Of a DNA stretch of 64,000 nt, positions 9,403-17,952 are shown piece by piece; the stretch's first letter is position 1; every line of letters starts with the position of its first letter. Origin of the DNA: Nocardioides sp. (GTDB lineage Bacteria; Actinomycetota; Actinomycetes; Propionibacteriales; Nocardioidaceae). Position numbers and translations under genes: made by a program. The notes beneath the pieces were generated by a model. It saw only the letters and a list, made by a program, of their open reading frames with translations. It was not told the origin of the DNA and did no database searches. The stretch spans positions 3,427-67,426 of the forward strand of contig DATAOY010000087.1 of NCBI GenBank assembly GCA_036265495.1, written 5' to 3'.

Positions 9403-10323
9403 TCAGAGGATCGGGTCGAACGGCTCCGTGCCGTTGACCAGCTGCAGTCCGGCGATGCCCGAGTGCGCCTGGGCGAACGCGAGCTCCTTGGCGAGGTCGC
9501 CGATGTTGTTCGACAGCGGCAGCGGGGCGAGCCCCAGCGTCGACAGGACGCCGATCGCCTGGCCGCCCTGGGTCATGAAGCCAGAACCCGAGTCACCGGG
9601 GATGCCCGGGGACAGCGTGTAGAGCGGGTGGCTCCACCCGCCGTCGGCGGCCTGGTCTCCGAGACTGATCCCGGTGTGCGGCGACAGCTGCGACAGGCCG
9701 CCCCGCAGGCTGGAGTTGCCGTACGTCCACACCTGGTCACCGGCCGCCGTGCCGTCGGTGTCGATACCGGTGGGGCCGCCCCAGAACGGCACGCTCGGAT
9801 TGACCTTGGACACGTCGCCGGCGTCGAGCCTGACCAGGGCGAGGTCGTTGTACGCGCAGGTGTTGGCGTCGGTCGTGCCGAGCTGATGCTCGGTGATCCA
9901 TGAGCTGTAGGCGAGGGTGCCGTGCCCGACGATGGTGCCCTCGCTGGCGACGTTGCCGTCGTTGCTGAGGTCGACCCTGGTGCCGAGCGGCACGGAGTCG
10001 GTCTGGCACCCGTCGGTGTCGGTCGAGGAGCCGGTGCCGGCGCAGTGGGCCGCGTAGCCGAGGTAGGTGTTGCCCGCCGCGTCGGTGAACACGAAGTTGC
10101 CGGTGCACTGGGCACCGGCGGTGTACATCATCGTGCCGGGATGGATCTGTGCGGTGGACGCGGGCGCCCAGGCGGCACTCGGGCTGAGTCCGGAGAGCAG
10201 GGAGCGGGCGCCGGCCGCGGCCGCGGGCTGCGAGCTGATCATCGCCGTCGCGACCGCCGCCGCGGTGAGCACCGCGAACGCGGCCGACACCCGGCGCGCG
10301 AACGAAGAGACGGATCGGGTCAT
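9403..10323 (-). CDS. Secreted trypsin-like (S1) serine protease
   Basis: Signal peptide plus catalytic motifs CTGNF, YAAHC, DLAL and PGDSGS. Confidence 0.85.
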   Translation of the reverse strand: MTRSVSSFARRVSAAFAVLTAAAVATAMISSQPAAAAGARSLLSGLSPSAAWAPASTAQIHPGTMMYTAGAQCTGNFVFTDAAGNTYLGYAAHCAGTGSSTDTDGCQTDSVPLGTRVDLSNDGNVASEGTIVGHGTLAYSSWITEHQLGTTDANTCAYNDLALVRLDAGDVSKVNPSVPFWGGPTGIDTDGTAAGDQVWTYGNSSLRGGLSQLSPHTGISLGDQAADGGWSHPLYTLSPGIPGDSGSGFMTQGGQAIGVLSTLGLAPLPLSNNIGDLAKELAFAQAHSGIAGLQLVNGTEPFDPIL

Positions 10324-10416
10324 GAGGATGGGGCCTCCTGTGGTCCGGCACCGGCGGGACGCCGGCGCCTGGGATGACACGTGGTTCGCCAGGTCCAACG
10401 CGCCGGCCGGGCGCAG

Positions 10417-10432
10417 GTTACGGGCCGGTAAC
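10417..10432. promoter_or_regulatory. GTnAC-n6-GTnAC box (candidate MtrA/GlnR site)
   Basis: GTTAC-gggccg-GTAAC in the divergent intergenic region. Confidence 0.4.
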
Positions 10433-10454
10433 CGGCCCGGGACATGATGGGCGC

Positions 10455-11363
10455 GTGCCCGGCTACTTCCCGTACGACGTGGAGCCGCCGCCGCGGACGA
10501 GCGGGCTCGTCGCCGACCGGATCAGCACCCCGCTGGGCCGGGTCCGGGTGCTGCGGCCGAGCACGGTCCCGCCCACGACGGTGTTCCTGCACGGGGTCTC
10601 GCTCGACAGCGCCTGCTGGACGCCCCTGGTGCGGGCGTCCGGCCGCGACGACCTGCCGTGGCTGCTCGTGGACCTGCCGGGCTTCGGCGGCTCGGACCCG
10701 CTGCCGGGGCCTGTATCGCTGGACGCGATGAGCGACGCGCTGCTCGCCGTCCTGGACGCCGCCGAGACCGACACCGTGGACGTGGTCGGTCACTCGATGG
10801 GCGGCTTCCTGGGTCTGCACGTCGCAGCCCGGCACCCCGACCGCGTCCGGTCGTTGGCGACCCTGAACGGCACGTACGTGACGATCCTCGACCTGGTGAA
10901 CGACCCGCTCCGGGCCGCCGTGCGCCACCCGCGCACCTGGGCGACGTACCAGGGCGTGCGACTGGTGGCCGGCGGCGGGCACCTGGTGCAGACGGCGATC
11001 GCCGCCGGCGCGCGGACCGGGCTGCTCCGCTGGGGCACCGCCGGGCTCGCGGCACGGCCGTCGGCGCTGCCGGACTCGCTGCTGCGGGCCCTGGCGGAGG
11101 GAGGCCGGCCACGGTCCTTCCGGTACGCCGAGGCCACCGGCCGCGGCTACGACTGGCGGACGACGTGGCGCGGGATACGCGCGCCGGTGCTCGCCGGCTT
11201 CGGCGACCGCGACCGCCTGGTCACGTCGTACGACGCACGCTCGCTGCGCGAGGTGCTGCCGACCGCCCACCAGGTGGTGCTCGGCGGGACGTCCCACCTG
11301 TCGCCGATGGAGCGCCCCGACGGCTGGATCACCGAGCTCACCAGGTTCTGGGACCGGGCCTGA
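10455..11363 (+). CDS. Alpha/beta hydrolase
   Basis: FLHG, DLPGFGGS, GHSMGG, GDRD and SH motifs. CATGAT -10 lies 6 nt before the GTG. Confidence 0.9.
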   Translation: MPGYFPYDVEPPPRTSGLVADRISTPLGRVRVLRPSTVPPTTVFLHGVSLDSACWTPLVRASGRDDLPWLLVDLPGFGGSDPLPGPVSLDAMSDALLAVLDAAETDTVDVVGHSMGGFLGLHVAARHPDRVRSLATLNGTYVTILDLVNDPLRAAVRHPRTWATYQGVRLVAGGGHLVQTAIAAGARTGLLRWGTAGLAARPSALPDSLLRALAEGGRPRSFRYAEATGRGYDWRTTWRGIRAPVLAGFGDRDRLVTSYDARSLREVLPTAHQVVLGGTSHLSPMERPDGWITELTRFWDRA

Positions 11364-11440
11364 TCCGATCATCCGCTCGACCGACGACGCCCGCCGGCAC
11401 GGAGGGCTACCGTCTCACCACCGCCGCACTCGGAGTCGCC

Positions 11441-13888
11441 ATGTCCGAACCCGCACCGAGCCAGGCATCGGCGCCCCCGACCGAGCACTGGGTCGAGCTA
11501 CGCATCCACGGGGTGAGTGGCACCCCGCCCGAGGTCATGCTCGAGAGCGCCCACGTGAAGCAGATCGCCGGCGACTCGTGGGGCCGCTTCTTCCGACCCG
11601 AGGACGGGGTCGGTCGCGAGGTGCAGACCTCGCCCCCAGGCATCCCCGAGGGGCGGGTCCTCGAGGGATACCACTGGGGCAGGTACACCTCCGGCAGCGC
11701 GCTGAAGGGGCTGTGGCTGATCCTGGTCCCGTTCGGGTTGGTCAACGCGGCCGCGTTCATGTGCCCTCGACCGAACAGCAAGCTCCAGCGCGGCCTGCAC
11801 TTCCTGATCCAGTCCCTGATCCGCGGGGTCGGCGTCGGTGTGTCGGCGACCTTCGCCCTGGCCGCGGGCCTGATCTCCGTCGACCTGCTGGCCTACCAGT
11901 GGGCCGCCAAGCTCGACGTCCTGCAGAAGTTCGGCTTCGGGAAGGTGCTGGGCCTCGGCGTCGTCCTCGGCGGCGCCGTGGTCGCCGTCCTGTTCGCGCT
12001 CGGCAACCAGAACCGCGCCTCGGACTTCGGCGCGGCACCCTTCGGCTCGGTCGCGCAGCCGCCGCCCGATCCCGACGAGCCGCCCTCGGGGCTGGTCAGA
12101 CGCGCCTTCTTCTACGTCGACCCGAGGAGCGCGCCGGTCCTGGGCCAGCTGCACCTGGCGGCGGGGTTCTGCGTGGTGATCGTGGTCGCCACCCTGACCT
12201 GGGACACGGTGGTGCCGGACGGGACGCTGACGACGCAGACCGACATCGAGGACGGCTTGCGCGTCGCCGCGATCGTCCTCCTGGGGTTGGTCACGCTGCT
12301 CGCCGCCCTCGGTGGCGACGTGGGGGGCGCCGTGCGCGGGGTACCGCTCGCCGGGTGGCGGAAGCGCGCCATGGAGATCTCCGCCCTCACGGCCCTCGTC
12401 GGGTCGGCCGCGGTCCTCGCCTGCTCGGCGGGGATGCTGACGTACGCCGACCACTCGACCCAGCCGCTCGACTTCGACGCCTACACGGAATGGCTCGCGC
12501 TGATCAGCGGCGTCACCATGTCGGTACTGGCTCTTGCGAACATCTGGCTCGCCGCGCTCACCCCGCAGCGAGCGGACACGCCCCCCACCTTCAGGCGCTA
12601 CGCCTGGGGCATGGCCCCGTGGGCGGCCACGTCGGCCGGAGTGTTCCTGGCGGTCGGGTTCAGCAGCGCCTTCGTCCTCGGTCTGGCCAAGACCCTGAAC
12701 TCGAAGGCGGACACCGAGTTCATCCACCGGGTGGCCTACTCGTGGGGTCTGACGGCGGTGCTGGGGGTCGTCATCGCGGCTGGGCTGGCCGGTGCCTGGT
12801 GGCGCGGCGGCAGCACGATGCTCCCTCGGGCCGAGGCCGCCTACGGAGCCGTGTCCGCCCCCTTGGGGAAACCGACCGCGGGGTGGTCGCCCGAGATCGC
12901 CAAGGCGATGAGCGCCGCCAGGATGAAGTTCTGCGTGGCGCCGCCGATCGTGATCTTCGCGCTGGCCGGGCTCGCCATGACCGCCGTGACGTCGTTCGAG
13001 ATGCGTGGCGGGAGGAACCTCCCGGTCGTGGGGCTGCTGAGCGAGGCCAGTCCGGCGGCGACGGCGGAGGGAGGGAACCCGCAGGTACCCACGCACATCG
13101 CCTTCTTCACCAACCTCGGCACCCTCGTGCTGATCGGCCTGGCCGGTCTGCTCTTCCTGCTCGGCCGCCGGTCGCTGCGTACCGAGCAGACGCGACGTGG
13201 CGTGAACGTCTTGTGGGACGTGATCTCCTTCTGGCCGCACGCCGCTCATCCGTTCGTGCCACCGGCGTACTCCCAGTTCGCGGTCCAGGACGTGCGCAAG
13301 CGCGTGGCGTTCCATCTGTCCGCCCCACCGGTCACCGACAGCGGCGAGCCACCGCAGCCTCGCGCGTCCTCGATCGTGCTGTCGGCCCACAGCCAGGGGA
13401 GCCTGGTCATCTTCGCCGCGCTGCTCTGGCTCTCACCGGAGCACCTCGAGCGGATCGGCGTCCTCACCTACGGCTCGCAGCTCCAGGTCGGCTACCCGCG
13501 CGGGTTCCCGGCCTTCATCCACATCGACCTCCTGAAGGCCGTGCAGGAGCAGCTGGGCTGCCGGTGGGTCAACCTGTACCGAGAGACCGATCCGATCGCC
13601 GGGCCGGTCCTCTCGTGGCAGCGCTCCACCATCACCGAGCGGACCGAGCCGGGCGCTGCCGCCGCGCCCCTGACGACGTCCATGCGCCTCGGTGAGGACA
13701 GGCGGCTGACCGACTTCCAGAACCCGGCCACCGGCCGCCGCGAAAGCGGGCACGACTGGCGGGTGCTGGACCCACCGCCGGTCGATCCCGGGCTGCAGCT
13801 GGGGACGCTGACCCACCTGAGCCGGCACTCGGGCTATCCCGCGTCCGTGGACTACCCGGACGCCGTGGCGCATGTGAAGCCGATGTGA
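11441..13888 (+). CDS. Large polytopic membrane protein with a split alpha/beta-hydrolase (lipase-like) domain
   Basis: N-terminal ELRIHGVSG, about 12 hydrophobic helices, then C-terminal AHSQG, TYGS, TDPI and HSGY. Confidence 0.8.
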   Translation: MSEPAPSQASAPPTEHWVELRIHGVSGTPPEVMLESAHVKQIAGDSWGRFFRPEDGVGREVQTSPPGIPEGRVLEGYHWGRYTSGSALKGLWLILVPFGLVNAAAFMCPRPNSKLQRGLHFLIQSLIRGVGVGVSATFALAAGLISVDLLAYQWAAKLDVLQKFGFGKVLGLGVVLGGAVVAVLFALGNQNRASDFGAAPFGSVAQPPPDPDEPPSGLVRRAFFYVDPRSAPVLGQLHLAAGFCVVIVVATLTWDTVVPDGTLTTQTDIEDGLRVAAIVLLGLVTLLAALGGDVGGAVRGVPLAGWRKRAMEISALTALVGSAAVLACSAGMLTYADHSTQPLDFDAYTEWLALISGVTMSVLALANIWLAALTPQRADTPPTFRRYAWGMAPWAATSAGVFLAVGFSSAFVLGLAKTLNSKADTEFIHRVAYSWGLTAVLGVVIAAGLAGAWWRGGSTMLPRAEAAYGAVSAPLGKPTAGWSPEIAKAMSAARMKFCVAPPIVIFALAGLAMTAVTSFEMRGGRNLPVVGLLSEASPAATAEGGNPQVPTHIAFFTNLGTLVLIGLAGLLFLLGRRSLRTEQTRRGVNVLWDVISFWPHAAHPFVPPAYSQFAVQDVRKRVAFHLSAPPVTDSGEPPQPRASSIVLSAHSQGSLVIFAALLWLSPEHLERIGVLTYGSQLQVGYPRGFPAFIHIDLLKAVQEQLGCRWVNLYRETDPIAGPVLSWQRSTITERTEPGAAAAPLTTSMRLGEDRRLTDFQNPATGRRESGHDWRVLDPPPVDPGLQLGTLTHLSRHSGYPASVDYPDAVAHVKPM

Positions 13889-13898
13889 CCGGGTCCGG

Positions 13899-15119
13899 TC
13901 AGTACGCCGGCTGGCTGGGGTCGATCTGGTCGACCCACGCCGAGACGCCACCGCCCACGTGGATCGCGTCGGCGTAGCCCGCACCCTTGACGACCGCCAG
14001 CGCCTCCGCGGAGCGGACCCCGGTCTTGCAGTAGAGGACGACCTGCGTGCCGGAGTCGACGCCGGGCAGCTGCCCCAGGGCGTGGCCGTTGAGGAACTCG
14101 CCCTTGGGGATCAGCACGGAGCCGGGGATCTTGTTGATCTCGTACTCGTTCGGCTCGCGCACGTCGATCAGCACGAAGTCCTTCTGACCGCCGTCGCGCT
14201 CCTTGAGCAGGTGCGAGAGCTGGGTGACCGAGATCGTCGACCCGGCGGCGGCCTCGGACGCCTCCTCCGAGACGGCGCCGCAGAAGGTCGCGTAGTCGAT
14301 CAGCCCGGTGACGGTGGGGTGGTCGCCGCACAGCGCGCAGTTCGGGTCCTTGCGGACCTTGAGCTTGCGGTACTCCATCTCCAGGGCGTCGTAGATCACC
14401 AGCTGCCCGGCGATCGGCTCGCCGATCCCGGTCAGGAGCTTGATCGCCTCGTTCACCTGGATCGAGCCGATGCTCGCGCAGAGCACGCCCAGCACGCCGC
14501 CCTCGGCGCAGCTGGGCACCATGCCCGGCGGCGGGGGCTCGGGGTACAGGCAGCGGTAGCAGGGGAGGTCCTCCCCCGCCACGTCGCTCAGGGTCGGCGC
14601 GAACACGCTCGCCTGGCCGTCGAAGCGGTAGATCGAGCCCCACACGTAGGGGATCTTCAGGAAGAACGCCGCGTCGTTGACCAGGTAGCGGGTTGCGAAG
14701 TTGTCGGTGCCGTCGAGGATCAGGTCGTAGCCCTCGAAGATCCGCATCACGTTGTCGTTGTCGAGGCGCTCGTCGTACACCACGACGTCGACCAGCGGGT
14801 TCACCTCCGCGACGGACTCCTTCGCCGACTGGGCCTTCGGCCTGCCCACGTCCGACTGCCCGTGGATGACCTGCCGCTGGAGGTTGGACTCGTCGACCTC
14901 GTCGAACTCGACCAGACCGATCGTGCCGACGCCCGCAGCCGCCAGGTAGAGCAGGGCCGGGCTCCCCAGACCGCCCGCCCCGATCACGAGCACCTTGGCG
15001 TTCTTCAGCCGCTTCTGACCGTCCATGCCCACGTCGGGGATGATGAGGTGCCGGCTGTAGCGGCGCACCTCGTCGATGGTCAGCTCGGCGGCCGGCTCGA
15101 CCAGCGGCGGGAGGGACAC
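13899..15119 (-). CDS. moeZ: Adenylyltransferase/sulfurtransferase MoeZ (ThiF/MoeB plus rhodanese)
   Basis: RYSRH, GAGGLG, SNLQRQ, CYRC/CALC and rhodanese YCKTGVRS motifs. Confidence 0.95.
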   Translation of the reverse strand: MSLPPLVEPAAELTIDEVRRYSRHLIIPDVGMDGQKRLKNAKVLVIGAGGLGSPALLYLAAAGVGTIGLVEFDEVDESNLQRQVIHGQSDVGRPKAQSAKESVAEVNPLVDVVVYDERLDNDNVMRIFEGYDLILDGTDNFATRYLVNDAAFFLKIPYVWGSIYRFDGQASVFAPTLSDVAGEDLPCYRCLYPEPPPPGMVPSCAEGGVLGVLCASIGSIQVNEAIKLLTGIGEPIAGQLVIYDALEMEYRKLKVRKDPNCALCGDHPTVTGLIDYATFCGAVSEEASEAAAGSTISVTQLSHLLKERDGGQKDFVLIDVREPNEYEINKIPGSVLIPKGEFLNGHALGQLPGVDSGTQVVLYCKTGVRSAEALAVVKGAGYADAIHVGGGVSAWVDQIDPSQPAY

Positions 15120-15148
15120 GGCGTACTCCTGGGTCTGCTCGCTCGGGG

Positions 15149-15225
15149 GCGGTACTCGGGTGGTGCTCGGGTGGTGCTCGGGTGGTGCTCGGGTGGTGCT
15201 CGGGTGATGTTCGGGTCGTGCTCGG
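15149..15225. repeat. 11-bp tandem repeat (GTGGTGCTCGG) x7
   Basis: Four exact and three degenerate copies in the moeZ-TetR intergenic region. Confidence 0.9.
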
Positions 15226-15354
15226 GCCTGGCTGCGCCGAGATCATCCCGCACCGGGACAACAGGGATCCGGCCCTCCATGTTCCCCAGCAGGTACGCCG
15301 CGGACGAGCGCGTCCGTCATCCGGACCACGGTTCCCGCTGGGTAGGGTGCCCAC

Positions 15355-16002
15355 GTGGGCACGACGGAGCACCCGATCGGGCAGCCGACCGCGCAGAAGC
15401 CACGCGGTGGCAGGCTTCCCCGGCGGGAGCGTCGCGTCCAGCTCCTCGACGCCGCGCTCGAGGTGTTCGTGGCCCAGGGCTACCACGCCGCCGCGATGGA
15501 CGACATCGCCGAGCGGGCCGGGGTCTCCAAGCCCGTTCTGTACCAGCACTTCCCCGGCAAGCTCGAGCTCTACCTCGCCCTGCTCGACTCCGCGTGCGAC
15601 GCGGTGATCGACCACTGCCGACAGGCGCTGGCGTCGACGCACGACAACAAGACCCGGGTCGCCGCCGCGATGGCCGCGTTCTACGCCTACGTCGCCGGCG
15701 AGCGCGGCGCGTTCCGCCTGGTCTTCGAGTCCGACCTGACCAGCGAGCCCGCCGTCCGCGAGCACGTCGATCGGGTGACCAGCGAGTGCGCGGCGATGAT
15801 CGCCGACGTGATCCACGACGACACCGGACTGCCGCCCGAGCAGTCGCGGCTGCTGGCGGCGTCCCTGGTGGGAATGGCCCAGGTCAGCGCGAGGTTCTGG
15901 GTGTCGGAGTCCAGTGGCATCGCGCAGTCCCAGGCGGTCGAGCTTGTCAGCGGGCTGGCCTGGCGCGGCATCCGCGGCTACCCGCTCACCGACGACCACT
16001 GA
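15355..16002 (+). CDS. TetR/AcrR transcriptional regulator
   Basis: HTH IAERAGVSKPVLYQHF. TAGGGT -10 lies 6 nt before the GTG. Confidence 0.95.
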   Translation: MGTTEHPIGQPTAQKPRGGRLPRRERRVQLLDAALEVFVAQGYHAAAMDDIAERAGVSKPVLYQHFPGKLELYLALLDSACDAVIDHCRQALASTHDNKTRVAAAMAAFYAYVAGERGAFRLVFESDLTSEPAVREHVDRVTSECAAMIADVIHDDTGLPPEQSRLLAASLVGMAQVSARFWVSESSGIAQSQAVELVSGLAWRGIRGYPLTDDH

Positions 16003-16065
16003 CCCATGTACCGGCCCGCGAGTACTGGCCGGCGTTGACGCCGCGCCACCAGACGAAGGAGAACG

Positions 16066-16287
16066 ATGGAAGTCAAGATCGGGGTCCACCACGCGCCCCG
16101 CGAGCTGGTGCTCGAGACCGCCGACTCCGCCGAGGAGATCCAGGCCACGCTCGACAAGGCGCTCGCCGCGGACGGCACCCTCGCGCTGAGCGACACCCGC
16201 GGCCGCCTGGTGATCGTGCCCGCCCGCAGCATCGCCTACGTCGAGATCGGCGCCGGAGTCACCGGACAGGTCGGCTTCCGCGGCTGA
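16066..16287 (+). CDS. DUF3107 small protein
   Basis: MEVKIGV...IAYVEIG...VGF pattern, AAGGAG RBS and conserved position after the TetR gene. Confidence 0.9.
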   Translation: MEVKIGVHHAPRELVLETADSAEEIQATLDKALAADGTLALSDTRGRLVIVPARSIAYVEIGAGVTGQVGFRG

Positions 16288-16310
16288 CCGGGGCCCCTTT
16301 CTGGCCCCGG
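16288..16310 (+). terminator. Stem-loop after DUF3107
   Basis: CCGGGGCC-7nt-GGCCCCGG immediately after the stop codon. Confidence 0.5.
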
Positions 16311-16387
16311 GACGTTTGACACGTCATGATCGAGGTAACGGGGCCCCTGCGTCCGCCACTGCGGCGGACACGAACAAGGAGGATCTC

Positions 16388-16639
16388 ATGGGCTGGCTGT
16401 TCGTCCTCGTGATGGGCGTGATCATCGGACTGCTCGGCAAGTGGGTCGCCCCCGGCGGCAAGGACAACACGCCGCTGTGGCTGACCGTGGTCTGCGGCAT
16501 CGCCGGCGTGGTCCTCGGCTACGGTCTGTTCGGCGGAACCAAGGGCATCGACTGGATCGCGTTCTTCATCTCCATCGTCCTGGCCGCGGTGTTCGTGGTC
16601 ATCGCGACCAGCGTGACCGGACGCCGTACCAGGGTCTGA
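16388..16639 (+). CDS. GlsB/YeaQ/YmgE-family stress membrane protein
   Basis: GVIIGLLGKWVAPG..PLWLTVVCGIAG, 3 TMs and an AAGGAGG RBS. Confidence 0.85.
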   Translation: MGWLFVLVMGVIIGLLGKWVAPGGKDNTPLWLTVVCGIAGVVLGYGLFGGTKGIDWIAFFISIVLAAVFVVIATSVTGRRTRV

Positions 16640-16681
16640 GTCGGACCCGACCTCGGATCGCCCCTCCTCGGAAGGACACCC

Positions 16682-17017
16682 GTGACACTGACGACGATCG
16701 CCCCGCTGCTGGTCAAGTGCGGTCACCACTGGAGCCTCGGCGGGATCCTCTTCCTGCTGATCGGCGGTGCCGTGATCGGCATCCTCGGCAAGATGGTGGC
16801 ACCCGGGGACCGGGACCGGATCCCGTTCTGGCTGACCGTGCTCTGCGGCATCGTGGGCATCTTCATCGGCAACTGGATCTACGTCGACGTGCTCGGCGGC
16901 CGGTGCGCCACGAGCGGGATCGACTGGCTGCGCCACATCGTGCAGGTGGTCTCGGCCGCGGTGATCGTGATGGTGGCGGCCGCGCTGACCGGTCGGACCC
17001 GCAGCCGCGTGCACTGA
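16682..17017 (+). CDS. GlsB/YeaQ/YmgE-family paralog
   Basis: GAVIGILGKMVAPG..PFWLTVLCGIVG..GIDW pattern and a GAAGGA RBS. Confidence 0.85.
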   Translation: MTLTTIAPLLVKCGHHWSLGGILFLLIGGAVIGILGKMVAPGDRDRIPFWLTVLCGIVGIFIGNWIYVDVLGGRCATSGIDWLRHIVQVVSAAVIVMVAAALTGRTRSRVH

Positions 17018-17036
17018 CCCCCCGGGTCGCGACGCC

Positions 17037-17762
17037 TCACGAGGAGAGACCGAGCTCGGCCATCCGCTCGTTGTGCCGCTCGGTGATCCGGGTGAACATC
17101 CGGCCGATCGCCGCCAGGTCGAGGCCCGGCCGGTCGATGCCGCCCGCGAGCAGCGCCGTCAGCGCGTCGCGCTCGGCGGCGACCCGCTGTGCCTGCGTGA
17201 GCGCCTCGCCCATCAGCCGACGCCCCCACAGCGCCAGCCGGCCCGAGAGCTTCGGGTCGTCCTCGATCGCCTGCCGGATGTGGCGCACCGCGAAGTCCGC
17301 CTGTCCCGTGTCCTCCAGCGAGGCGATGATCAGGTCACGGGTGTCCGCGTCGAGGTACGCCGCGATCTCCCGGTAGAAGTCCGCCGCCATCCCGTCCCCG
17401 ACGTAGGCCTTGACGAGTCCCTCGTACCAGTCGGAGGGCGCCGTGTGCTCGTGGAACAGGTCGATCGCCGCCTGGAACGGCGACATCGCGTCGAACGGGT
17501 CGGTCCCCAGCTCACGGATGCGGTCGTGCAGCCGGGCCACGTGCCCGAACTCCAGGCTGGCCATCGCCCCCATCTCGACCTTGTCCCGCACGCTCGGGGC
17601 GAGCTTGGCGTCGTCCACCAGACGCTCGAACGCCGAGAGCTCGCCGTAGGCCACCGCGCCCAGGAGGTCGACCACGGCCAGGCGGTAGTCGGCGTCCTCG
17701 AAGACCAGTCCGGGCTCGGCCGGTGGCTCCTGGGGCGCCTGATCGGCCTGGGAATCGGACAT
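17037..17762 (-). CDS. Ferritin-like fold (MiaE-like) protein
   Basis: LLGAVAYGELSAFERL and LALWGRRLMGEAL. TAGCGT -10 lies 6 nt before the ATG at 17762. Confidence 0.85.
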   Translation of the reverse strand: MSDSQADQAPQEPPAEPGLVFEDADYRLAVVDLLGAVAYGELSAFERLVDDAKLAPSVRDKVEMGAMASLEFGHVARLHDRIRELGTDPFDAMSPFQAAIDLFHEHTAPSDWYEGLVKAYVGDGMAADFYREIAAYLDADTRDLIIASLEDTGQADFAVRHIRQAIEDDPKLSGRLALWGRRLMGEALTQAQRVAAERDALTALLAGGIDRPGLDLAAIGRMFTRITERHNERMAELGLSS

Positions 17763-17952
17763 GCGCACACGCTACCGATAGACTGAGGTGTCCCCGCACG
17801 AGCGGTGAGGACGCGCGCCGGCCATGACCGCGGCGCTGGATGTGCGCGGCAGACGCCGGGTGTCGAGCAGCTTCGAGCCTTCGTCCGCCGCTGGACGACT
17901 GGCTCGAACCCCCACCCCTGACCAGGGCTCGAACGAAAGCGAACTGAACACC

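Noticed and set aside
10658-11440. N-terminal extension giving a 1076-aa membrane protein
   Set aside because: It overlaps the real hydrolase gene in another frame. ATG 11441 has a GGAG RBS and starts the recognisable domain.
15149-15225. CRISPR or iteron interpretation of the 11-bp array
   Set aside because: The units are contiguous with no spacers, and there is no cas or rep gene nearby.
16316-16321. Perfect TTGACA as a housekeeping -35
   Set aside because: No TANNNT at 16-18 bp spacing.
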